Assembly (NCBI RefSeq): GCF_016432865.1
Contig: NC_067403.1
Coordinates: 203,422,001 to 203,486,000, forward strand
Direction of reading: 5' to 3'
From: Antechinus flavipes
Lineage: Eukaryota
DNA: 64,000 nt
Position numbers and translations under genes: made by a program. A model generated the notes under the pieces. The model was given only the letters and a program-made list of their open reading frames with translations, searched no databases and was not told the origin of the DNA. Of the stretch, positions 13,930 through 27,600 are shown piece by piece (within the stretch, counting starts at the first letter, position 1; each line of letters opens with the position of its first letter).

Positions 13930-14190
13930 TTTTTGTTGCTGTTGTTCTGTCATTTTAGTCATACTCTACTCTTTGTGACCCCATTCAGAGTTTTCTTAGC
14001 AGAGATACTGAGGTAAGCTGCCATTTTTTTCCTCCAGTTCATTTTACACATGAAGAAACTTAGGCAAATGAGATTAAGTGGCTGGCCTAGAGCCACACAG
14101 CTAGCAAGACCAGATTTGAATTCAGAAGGATGACTCTTCCTGACTCCCTGCCCGATGCTCTAGCCACTTTGCTACCTAGTTGGCCCAGTA
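13930..14190 (-). mobile_element. Mar1-type SINE
   Basis: Same family text as 5946-6194. Confidence 0.7.
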
Positions 14191-16219
14191 ACTAATTACC
14201 TTTAATAAAGGAATACTTTAATATTCCTTTAACAGTTCAATAATCTTCAGAATTGAGAGATCCTCTCTCTTCTGCAAACTCTCTTGGTCCTTTGGAAATT
14301 AGGCTCAAACTAAAAGTAATAATTACAAAACATTTCAGCAACTGAGTTCACTTCCAAGTATAGTAGGACCAGAAAAGTAGTTGCTCCCTCACTTGCAGAA
14401 CATAACATCCCAGTTGCTGGATCTATCCCCGGCTGGTCTGATTTAAGCAGTTTGCTCCTTAGACTTTACTCCTTTCAAGGTTGCATTTCTAGGTCTTTAA
14501 TGGCTCTTCCAATTTTTCACAGTTTAAAAGGGTTACAGACTGGTTGGTTAGTTAGTTAGTTAATTAGTTATTTCTATCTCTAATATACATTTACCTAAGA
14601 GCAAAAAAGAAGCAGCACCACATAGACCAGCACCATTCATGGAGGCCTCAGGGCCCTGGGTGGTGAGAGTATCTTATTGGCACTATATGCCCTCCATTAC
14701 CAGAGACTTTAGCAATTCTTTCCTCCCTTGCTACCAGGGCAGAGGACAATTGCCTTTTTTGAATGGAGTTTTTGGTATACATACTAATTTCTGATGCAGC
14801 ATCCAATTAAAAGGCTTTTCTTCACAGTGAAGTAAGGGGACAAAAACTAATTTCAAGATACGGGCCCAATGTCATCATGCATTTCTAGAATCAGGCTCAT
14901 CAAGCCCCCTTTGTGAACACAATGTTCATTTTCTGAGAACTGGAGTGTCCCACCCTAGCCAGTTCCTGTTACATTTATATAATAATAAAAATATATCTTC
15001 TCAGTAAAATAGCACAACTGCACAAATAAAAACTTGAAAAAAAACTGACTTGACAGTAGCAAAATAATAATAAATAAATAATGATTTAAAAATAATAGCA
15101 CATATTAAAAACAACAACCTGTGAAATCTTAGGCTGCATTGATAGAAGAATGATATCCAAAATAAAGGCTTAGGTAAACACCAGTTATGCTGAACATTGT
15201 AAGAGAAGATTTTTTTTAATCTTTCTTTTTCCTGTGCCAAATTATATTTGTAGTATGTTCAGTTGAGAGCATCACATTTTAAGAGAGACTGACAAATTGG
15301 AGTGATTCCATACAAAGACAAGTAGACTGGTGAGGAGACTTGAAATTTGCATTTAGGAAATGATTAAAGGAAGAATAGAAGATTCAACCTGCAAAAGACA
15401 AGATTTGGAGGAACGTGGTTGTTTTATTCAAATTTTCAAAGGGCTGCCTCTGTCTCTAGCTCCATGGATAAAAACTAGTGTCAAAGAACAGAAAATGTAG
15501 GAAACCACTCTCTCCATTCTGTCACTGTGTGAGTTGTAGATCCATGGAGATCATCTATTACCAGGCTAGGCATCCCCAGCTTTCAGTCACACAGATAATT
15601 GCCTTGTCTTCCAACCCTTTCCACTCCCACTCCAATCCTCTTGGCAGGAAAATCATGGAAGCAAACAAAAGCACTTCCTCCTCCTCCATTTCTGTTGTAT
15701 AGTCATTGGATGAAACTTTCCCACAAGACCACAGGGAACCTAAGACTGTCTCTTATTGCCAACGTGCAATTCCAGCCTCCAAATCTCCATGACAATGGCC
15801 CAGAGGCAAGAGAGAGGTCTTACCCAGGTTGCATAAAGAAAACTTTCTAATGTTTAAGGATGTCTGGAAACGGAATGAACTGCCTTATAAAGTAGGGCTT
15901 CATGACTCAAAGTCCAAATTGAGCCGATTTGTTCCTATAAATTCACCCATTGCAATTACTTAACTCATTCATCACAGAGAATTCCAAACATTTCTTCTTT
16001 CTTTTTGGTGTTAAACCTTCATTTTAATATATATGCACAAATAAAACAGGTGACCTAGTCTTATACTTCAGAGAAGAAACTGAGTCTGTTTTTCTCTATT
16101 CCTGAAATTTTCTTAGCATCACCACTCACTGTTCACTTTTCCCCTCAGGAACAGAGATGCCATTTTTAAAGCTGACCCCCTTTACTTGAGTCCTTTATTT
16201 CATGCCCTCATACTTATAA

Positions 16220-16725
16220 AACCTTGTTCTGCAAGTCTGTCTGTCTCTCTGTTCATGTTTCTATTTCTATTCATATCTGTGTGTGTCTGTCTCTCTGCCT
16301 TTCTGTCTCTCTGCCTGTCGGTCTGTCTATCTTTGTCTGTTTCTCTGTTTCTCCCTATCTGTTTCTCTGTCTCNNNNNNNNNNNNNNNNNNNNNNNNNNN
16401 NNNNNNNNNNNNNNNNNNNNNNNNNNNNNNNNNNNNNNNNNNNNNNNNNNNNNNNNNNNNNNNNNNNNNNNNNNNNNNNNNNNNNNNNNNNNNNNNNNNN
16501 NNNNNNNNNNNNNNNNNNNNNNNNNNNNNNNNNNNNNNNNNNNNNNNNNCACACTCTGTCTCTGTTTCATACTCTCTGTCTGCCTGTCTGTCTCTGTCTA
16601 TCTCTCTCTCTAACTCTCTGTCTCTCTCTCTGCCTTTCTGTCTATCTCTCTCTGTCTCACACTCTGTCTCACACACTCTCTCTGTCTCTGTCTCTCTGTC
16701 TGTCTCACACACATACATACACACA
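16220..16725. repeat. Complex (CT/GT/CA)n low-complexity repeat interrupted by an assembly gap
   Basis: Runs of tctg, tctc and caca. Source of several spurious ORFs in the track. Confidence 0.95.
16374..16549. other. Assembly gap (176 N)
   Basis: Direct count of the N run. Confidence 1.
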
Positions 16726-16889
16726 TTTCCTCCTCCACTGAATAATGCTCAGGCATCTAAAAAAAAAAGGGAGGGATTCACCTTGATCACTCAAACCTAT
16801 GCAGGCAGGATCCTATCTCTTTCCTCCCTTTTTCTCCTTGAAAAAAAGTTGCCTACTCATTTCTAAAATATATTAAAAAATTGACTCAA

Positions 16890-17922
16890 AGTTATAAGAA
16901 TACTAGCTATTCTCCAACTGATAAATAGTCAAAGGATATAAACAGACAATTTTCAGAAGAAGAAATCAAAGCCATTTCCAGTCATATGAAAAAGTTCTCT
17001 AAATCACTATTGATCAGAGAAATACAAATTAAGACAACTCTGAGGTACTACTACACACCTCTCAGACTGGCTAAGATGACAGGAAAAGATAATGATGAAT
17101 GTTGGAGGGGAAAATTGGGATACTGATACATTGTTGGTGGAACTGTGAACAGATCCAACCATTCTAGAGAGCAATATGGAATTATGCCCAAAGGGTTATC
17201 AAACTGTGCATATCTTTTGGTCCAGCAGTGTTTCTACCGAGTCTGTAACTCAAAGTGATCATTAAAAATAAAGGAAAAGACTTCATATGTGCAAAAATGT
17301 TTATAGCAGCCCTTTTTATAGTGGCAAGGAATTGGAACCTAAGTGGAGGGAGAAACATCAGTTGATGAATGGCTGAATAAGTTATGGTATATGAATGTTA
17401 GAATATTATTGTTCTATAAGAAATGGTCAGTAGGGTGATTTCAAATAGAAGCCTTAGAGAGACTTACATGAACTGATGATGAGTAAGTAGAACCAGAACA
17501 TTGTACACAGCAACAGCAAGATTAGAAGATGATCAATTCTGATGGACATGGCTCTTTTCAACAGGAAGGTGATTCAAGCCAGTTCCAATGGTTTTGTGAT
17601 GGAGAGGTCCATTTCCACACAGAGAGAGGACTATGGGAACTAAGTGAAAATTGCAACATAGTATTTTCACTCTTTTTGTTGTCGTTTGCTTGCATTTTGT
17701 TTTCTTTCCCATTTTTTTTCCTTTTTGATCTGATTTTTCTTGTGCAGCAAGATAATTGTGGAAATATGTATAGAAGAATTGCACCTGCTTAACATATATT
17801 GGATTGCTTGCTGGCTGGGAGGGAGGGGAAGAAGAGGAAAATTCAGAACACATGGTTTTGCAAAGGTGAATGTTGAAATTCGTCTATGCATATGTTTTGA
17901 AAATAAAAATCTTTAATAAAAA
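16890..17922 (+). mobile_element. 5'-truncated L1 (ORF2 C-terminus and 3' UTR)
   Basis: HMKKFSKSLLIREIQIKTTLRYYYTPLRLAK-type sequence, followed by the 3' UTR and A tail. Confidence 0.88.
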
Positions 17923-18169
17923 ATAGCCTACACTCAATTTGTTTACATTTAATAACCCTTTTTCTGAACCCCTTAGAATTAATTGTTAATCCAAATTACT
18001 GGATTTAGAATCAAAAGAACTGAATTCAAATCCCAGCTCTCCTCTATTTATTACCTAAGTGACCTTGAAGAAATTATTTAATCTCTCTACTTGTCAGTCT
18101 CTTCTTCTGAAAATGAGTTGAACAAGACAACCTTTCAGCTCTTAGTTTGTAATACTTTGAGAAAGTTAA

Positions 18170-18960
18170 CTGAAACTGCTCTCTCAGAGATCACAAATAA
18201 TTCCTCTAATTGACAAATCCAAAGGCTTTCTTTTAGACCTCATCAACCCTGACTCTCTGGTTTTTAGGAAGTATTGGCAACCCCTTCCTACCATAAATAT
18301 TGTCTCTTAGTTTGAAATGAGCTTACGTTTTCTCATGTGTTTGACATTCTCTTTCAAGATCTTTAAAATGGATTTGACTCTTTGACCCTCTTCTCCTCTT
18401 TCTCAATGCACTCACCTTCAGCAATTCCATTCCCTCCTTCCATTGCTCCAACTCCCACAGTTCAGATACCTCCTAAATCTACCGGTCTAGTCCTGGCCTC
18501 TTTTTTCATCTGCCTAAGCATTATATAATGACAAGAGCACTTGAATCAGCAATCAGGAGACAGGTTAGAATTGGGTCTCTTGAATTTATTTAGGTATGTG
18601 GCAATCAGCCAGTCAAGTTAACTTTCCTAAACCTGTTTCCTCATCTCTAAACTAGGGATAATAATGCCTGAATCATCTGTCTTTTAGGATTATGAGAAAA
18701 GCATTTTATAAATCTCAAAATGCTTTATAAATGTGAGCTCTTATTATAAGAGAGCATCTCTACCTGAAAATCCCATAGGCACCTACCTCAACACATCCCT
18801 AAGCAGGCTCATTGTCTTTCTGCCTGTCTGCTCTTTCTTTTGAATTCACTATTTCTGCTTTTACTGCCACCAATCATCTGATCTACCCTGTCCATAACCT
18901 TGAAATTATTTTTGACTTTTACCTCTCCTCAGGCCTTATATCCAATCAGTTACCAAAGCC
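18170..18960 (+). mobile_element. L2 fragments with a nested MIR (about 18520-18750)
   Basis: Pyrimidine-rich L2 ORF2/3' text (gacaaatccaaagg...catcaaccctgac...acctacctcaacacatccc). Confidence 0.55.
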
Positions 18961-21000
18961 TGGTGAGGAAGGGCTAGAAGTTGAATTTCTACCTGAGATT
19001 TCAATGACAACAGCTGAAAGCAGCTTCTGTTTGCATAGGTTTTGGCAGGAATCTACTAATTTGGGATCAAAGGCAGCTGAACAAACTAGCATCCTGTTGT
19101 GAGGAAAGGTGGGAAGCCCCCTATAAATAAAACTAAACCTTGTTCAGGAGCCCCCAGCAGAGCAAATAAGCACTGTACTATGGCAGTTTGCCACTAAAAT
19201 TACTGTCACAAACTTGCCTGCTTAACTATGAAGAAGTGAGTGTGATGTTGGGTATCTTCAACCCACCAATAAGGGATATATTTAAGGAATCTGCCTAATC
19301 AATCTTTGACAATACCTGTGTCCCAAAAAGGACTGGAACACAAATGATGCTTGTTTTCTGAGAGGAGATGTAAAAGCAATAGGTAAAAATTGCTGCAAGA
19401 CATATTTTAATTTTAAAAACATGCTAATGATTACAATTTCTCAAAAGTGGATGGATTGTGATTTCTACCACACTGGAGGTGTTAAAATAGAAAATTGGGT
19501 TGAGGCTTGGGGAACATATTTGCTGTCTAAGAGATTAGGTTGGTTCTACATAGCTCCAGGAGTCAGAACCAAAAACAATAAGTGGGAAAAAAAGAAAATC
19601 TAAACTAGATACAAAAGAAAACCTCCTAACGATCATATCTATCCAAAAATGAAAGAAATGAGTTGCCTTTCATGGGAGATCATCAAGTAAAGGTTAGAGG
19701 ATCACTTACCTAGTACATTTTAATGGAGATTTGAAATGGGCTAGATGGCTGCAGAGGTCCCTTGAAATACCAAAAATTGGTGATTCTGCCATACTGTTGA
19801 AGGGATTCCTTTTCAGAAGTAAACCTGAATGGCTGGTGAGATTCTTTCTAACTTGAGAGATTTGCTAATTCTTTGAAATAACCATCACTTCAGTGAGTTT
19901 GGGGTATGGTAGGTAATTAATAATAAATAGGGGTTTCAGTGATATTCCATGAAGCCTATATTGACTTTCCTAGTTGATCTTATTGTCCCATCTCAGCAAT
20001 ATTTATGAGAAAATTCCTTTTCCCGAAGGTCTGGCAAGTCATCACATCAGAACTATGAGCAGATGAGTCAGGAGTACTGAATTTAAGCTCTGGCTCTACT
20101 GTGGATTTACTGTGATCTTGGGCAATCAATTCAATTTTTTTATTTACCCTCATTGCCTTCCTTTATGAAACTGCCATCTCTAAGATCCTGTCCAGCTTTA
20201 GCATTTAGTGTCTCTTTAAAAATTGAGATGAGCCCAGGCAGGTGAATTGAATTTTGCTTCCCCAATGAAGAACAAAGAAAGACCATAGATTGAAACTTCC
20301 TTGGGAAAAAAAAAAAGAAACTTTTAAATTTAAAAATCAGAACAATTCCTCAACAAAAGGCTACAGAAGAATTCGCTGTGACCAGAGCTACAGAATTCGG
20401 GTGTTAAATATGTGTTTAGAGACTTTATAATACTTGCTGACACAGCTCCAGCAGCAGAAATAAAAAGCAGAAAGATATTTCCTTTGGATACAATTATTGT
20501 CTCTGCTTCATTTGTTTTTCAGCAGGTAATTAAGCAAGAGCAAAAGACAATGATGTCCCCCGGACCCTCAAAGGACAAGCAATATGATCAAGCCTTTGGC
20601 ATTTGCTAAAAATGCTAGAGTATGGAAAATTATTCCTAATGTCGAGAGCATTTATAGCTTTGTGGTGTGCTTCCTTGCAGCTCTACAGACTCCTCCTGCT
20701 TCCAAAGAGAGCACTTTATCTTTGTCCAAGCTCAGTCTCTGTTCAGGAACAAGAAAAACTCTCATCTACCACATGACTATCCAACCTCAGTCCCTTCTGA
20801 AGCCATATAAGGAAGGGAAACAGAACTTTTTGTTCCAACAAATTCAGCACTGAACAAACTCAGTGTCTTGCTATCTCCACAACTCAAATTATCAGTCAAC
20901 CAAATAATCAGACAATGCGTACCTACCTCTCTCTACTACTTTAAATTTAAATATTATAGATATTTACCATATTATATATTTATAGATACTACTACCCCTA

Positions 21001-21239
21001 TAGTGGTTTTCAAAGAAAATCCTGAGAGTCTCTAAAACCCTTTCAGAGAGTCTACAAATTCAAAATTAATTTGGTAAATATCTATATGATATTATATATT
21101 TTTATTGTTACATAAAAATATAGCATATAACATAATAAATATCTACAAATATAACCCACATAAACAAAAACTCTTTGGACAGATCCTCAATAATTTTTAA
21201 TAGCATAAAGATACTGACATCAAAGTTTGAGAACCGCTG
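21001..21239. mobile_element. Non-autonomous hAT-Charlie-type DNA transposon
   Basis: Degenerate TIRs tagtggttttcaaa ... tttgagaaccgctg around an AT-rich interior. Confidence 0.65.
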
Positions 21240-22899
21240 CTCTACTAGGCACCTGGATAGATACAAAAGAAGTACCAGAGAAATGTTGGAATATAACATG
21301 TATTTCATAAATTACATGAAATAGGAAATAGGTAAAAATTGCCATTGGCTCTAGAGCTAGAGCTGATACAGGGAAATTCTAGCTGAAGAATTCCATTTAT
21401 CAGTGCAGGTTGACACTTTTGTAACTCATAGTCTTAGAAAGTACTTAGTAAATGTCATTAAAAAGAAATCTACATTCTATGTAACACAGTTGAGTTCTCT
21501 ACACTCAAAGAGATTACAATCCTCTAGGGAGACAAGACTGATATACATGAAACAAATTAGAGAGCAATGAAGCATTAAGCACCAACTTGGAATGCACTAG
21601 ATGCCCAGGCAATGAACGAGTCTTGCCTTCCCGACAAACTCATTTCTCAAAAGGTAGAAGAAACAAAGGGAATGCAATTTCAGCAACTAAGTGAACAACC
21701 AGGAAGAATTGATGAGTGAAACAGCAAGAACTTTAATAAGAAATAATAATGTCATCACGTTACAGTTTATATAATAGACAAGGAAGGAAAAGGGGAGAAT
21801 AGACAGATGTAAGTCACAAATTTTAGGAAATCAAGCTTCCAAAAGCTCAAGGATATAATCTTTTAGGAGTTAAGAGACTATAAAAAGTGAACTGATTGTC
21901 AATAAAATCATGCATGAATTCAATGAAGAAGAAAGGGGGAAAGTGCATCTGAAAAGCAATGTGGGAGCATAGAGAGTTCTGAGATAGATTTCAATTTTAA
22001 CAAGATATGTATAAAAAAACAAATGGAACCATCCCATTAAGACTGTAACATTTCAGTATATAAAGAGATACATTAAAAAGTTGCTGTGACAATGAGAAAA
22101 ATGAATCTGGAAAGATGTCAAGGTACAACAAAATAAAGAAGAAATCCATGTTAAAAGTGACTTAATTTTTAAAATGTTCAGGGATCACTTTTCAAGATAT
22201 TTAAAAGGAAGAAGATTTCAAAGGAATAGAAAAGATTGTGGATGGTACTCTTGCAAAAAAAAAATTATAATCACTGATTTTTTAAAAAGTACTGACTTGT
22301 ATATCAACTTTATCATCTTTATCATATCTATATGATAATGTCCATGCATTTATTGAGTATCCTTAATGAAAATATTAGAAAGAAATAAGTAAACTTCAGT
22401 AAACAATCCTCTACTCAAGATTATATCTTCAGATTCACATTTTTTACTAAGAGGTATAGGGAATAATGGGTAGTGCTATGTTGAAAAGTAGCCTGGATAA
22501 AGAGTTGGATTGGAAATGAGAAAGACCTGTTTTCAAATTCTGCCTCAGGTATTTACTAGCTGTGTAATACTAGAAAAGTCACAAGACTTATCTGAGACTT
22601 TGTTGTAAGAATTAAATAAGATGTTGTATGTAAAGTGCTTTGTAAACTTTAAAGTTCTATGTGTAAGAGCTATTTTTAAAAGAAAGCATCTGACTCAGTA
22701 AAGAAAAATGAAGCTTTAATAATTTTCTCTTCAATAAAGAATATTCATAATGTTTGCTAAGATCACAAAATGTTCTTTCATATATGAATACGGATATGCT
22801 CTTCCAATAGGCCAACCACTAGATGGAGAATTTTTTGGTCATGGAAATCCACAAAACAAAGGGAAATGCAAATAAAAAGATCTTCAATCTTCCTGCTTC

Positions 22900-23330
22900 T
22901 ATAATTCTTAAATCAAAATAAGTCTAAAATTAATATATTGATATAAATAGCAGAAATAATCCTGTTGAGGGATCTTTTGATCATAAATGTCAGACAGGTC
23001 ATAAAATAATAAATTTACCAAGGGTATTGAAAACAAATTCCCTGTAGATGGTAAAGTCTTATAGATATTTGTGTTTTTGTGTGACATCGTACTGCTTGAG
23101 TCAAACTTGGACTGCTGCAGAGCATTCAAGAAGAGAACTGTCACCACTCAAAAGCATCTGGCCTGATGTTCCACAAAGAAAAGATCAAGTGAATGTCTAC
23201 TTTCCAGATTATACAATTGTTCAGACAATTTGTAGGTCTTGTTCATCAATGAACATATCTGGAATAAAAAATGTGCACAACAATGATATGGAGGAATTAA
23301 ATAAGAGAAGGACTGAGACTTGAACTGGCT
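22900..23330 (+). mobile_element. Degraded RTE-type LINE RT C-terminal fragment
   Basis: Resembles the RTE 'KVYR...LLY..ETWT' region. ORF 23048-23323 is a by-product. Family call is tentative. Confidence 0.45.
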
Positions 23331-24349
23331 TCAGAAAATTACTCTAATGCTTTCAAAATGCTTTCATGACCACAAGCTTCTCCCAGAAACAAAAGAGCAG
23401 CTCCTTAAGATCAATATCTTACCAACATCGTAGGGCTTGGAAACATCAAACAAAGCCTCTAAAGAATTGAAAATGAATATCAAACAGAGGGCAACAAAGA
23501 GGGTATAGTAGGGGTGAGTAGGCTGCAACATAAAACTAATGTGAAACTTCAAAGAAGAAGAAAAGTAAGAGATTATAATGGGGAAATATATAATAAGAGG
23601 ATAAGATGAATTGGTCACAATGCAATGGCAGATGGGAAGCCCTGGTGCTGTCCTTGAAGCATCAGGATAAACTGAGGAAGATCTCCAATGTGTTGGATGA
23701 ACATCCCTGTGGCCAATTTTTCTCTGCTGATCAGGGAGAGAATGTGTAAATAAATATGTACAAACTAGATATTTCAAAATAAATTGGAGATTATCATCAG
23801 AGAGAAGTCACTAGCATGAAGGGGGATCAGGAAAGGCTTCTTGAAAAAGATAATATTTTAGCTGAGACCTGAAGGAAATTAGGAAGCAGAAACAAGAAAG
23901 AAGGCATGGGGGATAGGGAAGCACAAATTCTGCATTATATATATATCAACCCACAACTCTAGTCTCTTGATTCCGTGCTTAGTGAAAACAGTTCTAAACT
24001 CCTTCTGCTTTTCCCTGGAAAGCCTGATCCAAAGTTATACAGATTTTCTACATGAACTCAACACTAATGTAACTTCTGCTGCTTAAACCTATAGCTGGTC
24101 CAGCTTTTGAAGGAGATTATTTATCCCCTCTGAAATCAATTGATATGTTGGAATCTTATTCATTTTTGATTCATTCAAAAAGTTTTGAATTATTGGCCAT
24201 AAATCTAGAGAAATTGAAAAGCTTGTGCCCTCAGACGTGATAAGAACAGGTCAGCAGTACCCATTCCTTGCTGAAGGTAGAAGCCCCTCATTTAAAAGAT
24301 TGTCTCTGACTCATACTTCCAACTCAGTTGCTCTAATATGTCCCACATA

Positions 24350-24600
24350 ATTGGATGGTGAAGTGGATAGAGGACCGAGTCTGGAGTCAGGAACATTCAT
24401 CTTCCTAAATTCAAATCTCAGATACTTACTGGCTATGTGACCATGGGCAAGTCACTTAACCCTGTTTACCTCAGTTTGTTCTTCTATAAAATGAGCTGGA
24501 GAACGAAATGAAAAATCATTCCAGTATCTTTGTCAAAAAAAACAAACAAACCTCAAAACGGGATCACAAAGGATTAACCACACCTGAAAAATTACAAATT
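24350..24600 (+). mobile_element. Mar1-type SINE
   Basis: gtggatagag...ctggagtcagga...gggcaagtcacttaaccctgtt...ccagtatctttgtcaa. Confidence 0.75.
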
Positions 24601-27600
24601 ACAACAAAATATCAATGGCAATAACCATCTGAACCTGTCAACAGTATAGTGTTTTCTCTCTCACTCAAAAAAAATTTGTAAAAAAGTGTGACCAATCCAA
24701 TTTGCCATTTGAGTTTACTTTCATGATACATATTTAGTTTCAGATAATTGAGATGGAGGAATTTAAAAGGGGGAGGGGGAAGTGTGCAGTAACCATGTGA
24801 TGGCTATCACTGAAAGCCTTTTCCTACCTGGTGTCAACCTTTGGAGCAGGAGTATAGCAACATCAACTAAACATTTGCCAGTTATGAAAACAGACTGTTC
24901 CTTGCCCCCCAGAAGCCAGCAGAGACCTTAGTTGTTAAAATGGCACAATACCCAGAGACTTATGGTAGTTAACAGCTCATAATGTAGCTAAAAAAAAGCA
25001 AATTAATGTTTCCATGTAGAACTTGATATAACAAGTGTATTCAAAAGGATTCAAAATCCTGAATACTTATTGTGGATTTTTTAAGATTGGTACATCTGTA
25101 TTCCCATTTGCCCCAACCATTCTCATCCAACAACTGTTTATTAATTATCTAGTACATGCAAAGCATTGTTTGAGTCCTGGGACATCAACAAAATGGAAAT
25201 CATTTTATCAGTTCTTGCATTTATTTCAAAGCACAAAGAACTTGTAGGTGGTGTCCTTGTGTTCTTTATTATTAGGCTGCTTGCTGGTGGAACTTTTCCC
25301 CCAGAAATACACTTCTCTTTTTCATCTGGATTCATTTAATGGTTTAGGTTCCTGCCAACGCAGAAGTCATGATTCACTTGAAGGGTTGGTGAAATAAAAA
25401 ACATTCAAGGGCACCATCTCCTGGCTAAAGAATGAATAACCAGCCTCACCCAAAAAGGCTTGATACATTTAATTCCCCACACACATCCACTTTAAACATA
25501 AAAATGAACTCTCAAAGCTAATTAAAAGAGCCCAATTTGCTTTTTTGTAATCCGATATTACTTTTTGAAGTAAAATTTCACAGCTGTCTGTTAGCATCTC
25601 ATTCCTTTTACAACAGGAAGCATCTGCTGATGATGCAATTATGCGGTCTGTGGCCTTGCTTAGAGAGGTTTCTCCTATGAGTCCTGCCTCCTGCAATGAG
25701 GGGCAGAGGGAGGACCATAACTGGAAAGTATAAGTCAGGAAATATGATTGGTTTCCAGGCAGCCAAGATGGGCAAAGAGCCAAAGAAACTATGATATAAG
25801 ACTGCTGGGCTACTTTTCAATTAAATCCCCAAACCATTGGGAGTGCCCCTGCTATGTTCCCAGACCTGTCTGAAATTCTAGGCTGGACAGGATGAACTGA
25901 GGGAAGAAAATCTAGGTCCGGGATAAATAATAACAATAATAAATAATAATAATAGTCTCCTTTTATCCTCACTTTCAATCCTGGGAGATGCCATAATTAT
26001 GCTCATCTTACAGATGATGAATCCAAGGCAATCAGAGAGTAAAATGACTTTGCCCAAGATCATATGTATAAATTATCTAGATCCTGCATTCTATCCACTG
26101 TACCACCCAGCTGCCCATTCTATCCACATACTACTCAACTGCCCATTCTATCTACTATATTGCTCTACTCAGCAATAGATAAACAAAATACAGCAAGGTA
26201 TAACCTATTATTACATTGAGAGCAGTAACTCTAATATATTTATGAAGTATCTACGTGCATAAAGCACCTAGTGTGTATTAGTCCCTGGGAAGAGAAAACA
26301 ATTTGAGATACCAACCCTGATCTTAAGGAGTTTTTAGCATAACAGAAGTTTAAAATATCAGCACAGATATAGTAATATATAGCTACAATTCATGATAAAT
26401 GCATTAGAGAAATGCAAAACAAAGTGTTAGTGGGGTCTTTGAGGATAAGACCATGACCAACTTATAGGAAAAGGAGTTGAAGGAAGTATTTGGGTGGGGC
26501 TTTGAGTTAATCTGGTGGAAATACAGAAATCATTCCAAAGCTGGGTAATGTCATGGACAAATCAGAAATATGAAACAACAGAGCAATGTTGGGAGAGGAA
26601 GGAGGGAGTTCATGAGAAGGCCAGAGAAAACAATTCATATGGAACATAAAGGATCTAGAATGGAATCAAAGAATATAGTGGAGAATTCACCTTCATTTTC
26701 TAAAAGGTTCTGGTCATTTTCACTTCAGCCACTTCTCTTTGGCTCAGAATCAGATCCAAATTATCCATTTTCCTTAATTTTTATAGTTATTACAAAAAAA
26801 GAAATTATAAAAGTATTGTATATAAAGAGACTGTGATACCAGTTCCACAACTTTCTGCAACACCCAGGGCTAGATCTGGTTCACCCTGCCTATTTGCATT
26901 GATGCTGAGAGCCTGAGGTGTTTTCCCAAAAGAGTTCCTAAGCCCCTACAAATGTGCATATTATTCACACAAATCAGCCAAAATAACACCCTTAACTCTT
27001 AAACATGGAATATTTACTAAACAAGAAAACAACAGAAGAATAATCAAAACATAAGTCATTCATTCATAAAGCTGAATCACATCATCCCACAAATGTACAT
27101 GAGGATATGAGGATGGAAAGTAAACAAAAATCTTTGGAAACCTACATAAAAAAAACATGAGTAGAAAAACCAATGTTGTGAGCAAGAGAAACTGAATATC
27201 ATGATGCCAGAACACAGATCTTTATGTTTGCTGTCTCTTTAAGAAACAATATGTACCTTATGTCATCTACTCCTCATCTAGGATTCTCTGCTTTCCTGCT
27301 GGACAAAGCAGCATCTCAGCAGTTCTTTGATGCAGTTTCCCAACAGTAAATTCAAAAGTCTTAAAAGCAGTTATAAAATAATATGCTAGGAAATGATGCA
27401 CAGCAGCCATCTCTATAGTCAGACAGTATTCTGCCTCAAAAAAAGGAAATGCTTTTTCTCAGGTCTTTGGGTTGTCTGTGTTTCTTCCTAAACTAGTTTT
27501 CTCTGTATTTCCCGCCACAATGCCTTTTCCTCTCTCCCTTTTGTAAATAAAAAGTCCACATAACAAAGAGGCAGGACCTTGTACAAACAAAATAAGTCAA

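Noticed and set aside
16186-16866. Longest ORFs in the track (226, 174, 152 aa and others)
   Set aside because: Translations of CT/GT microsatellite spanning the N gap, not genes.
25608-25720. Plus-strand acceptor followed by a 38-codon open frame (EASADDAIMRSVALL...)
   Set aside because: Isolated, with no partner exons or homology. More likely non-coding.
26085-26170. Three tandem units of about 30 bp (cattctatccac...)
   Set aside because: Local slippage of a MIR/SINE end, not a CRISPR-like array: there are no unique spacers and the context is eukaryotic.
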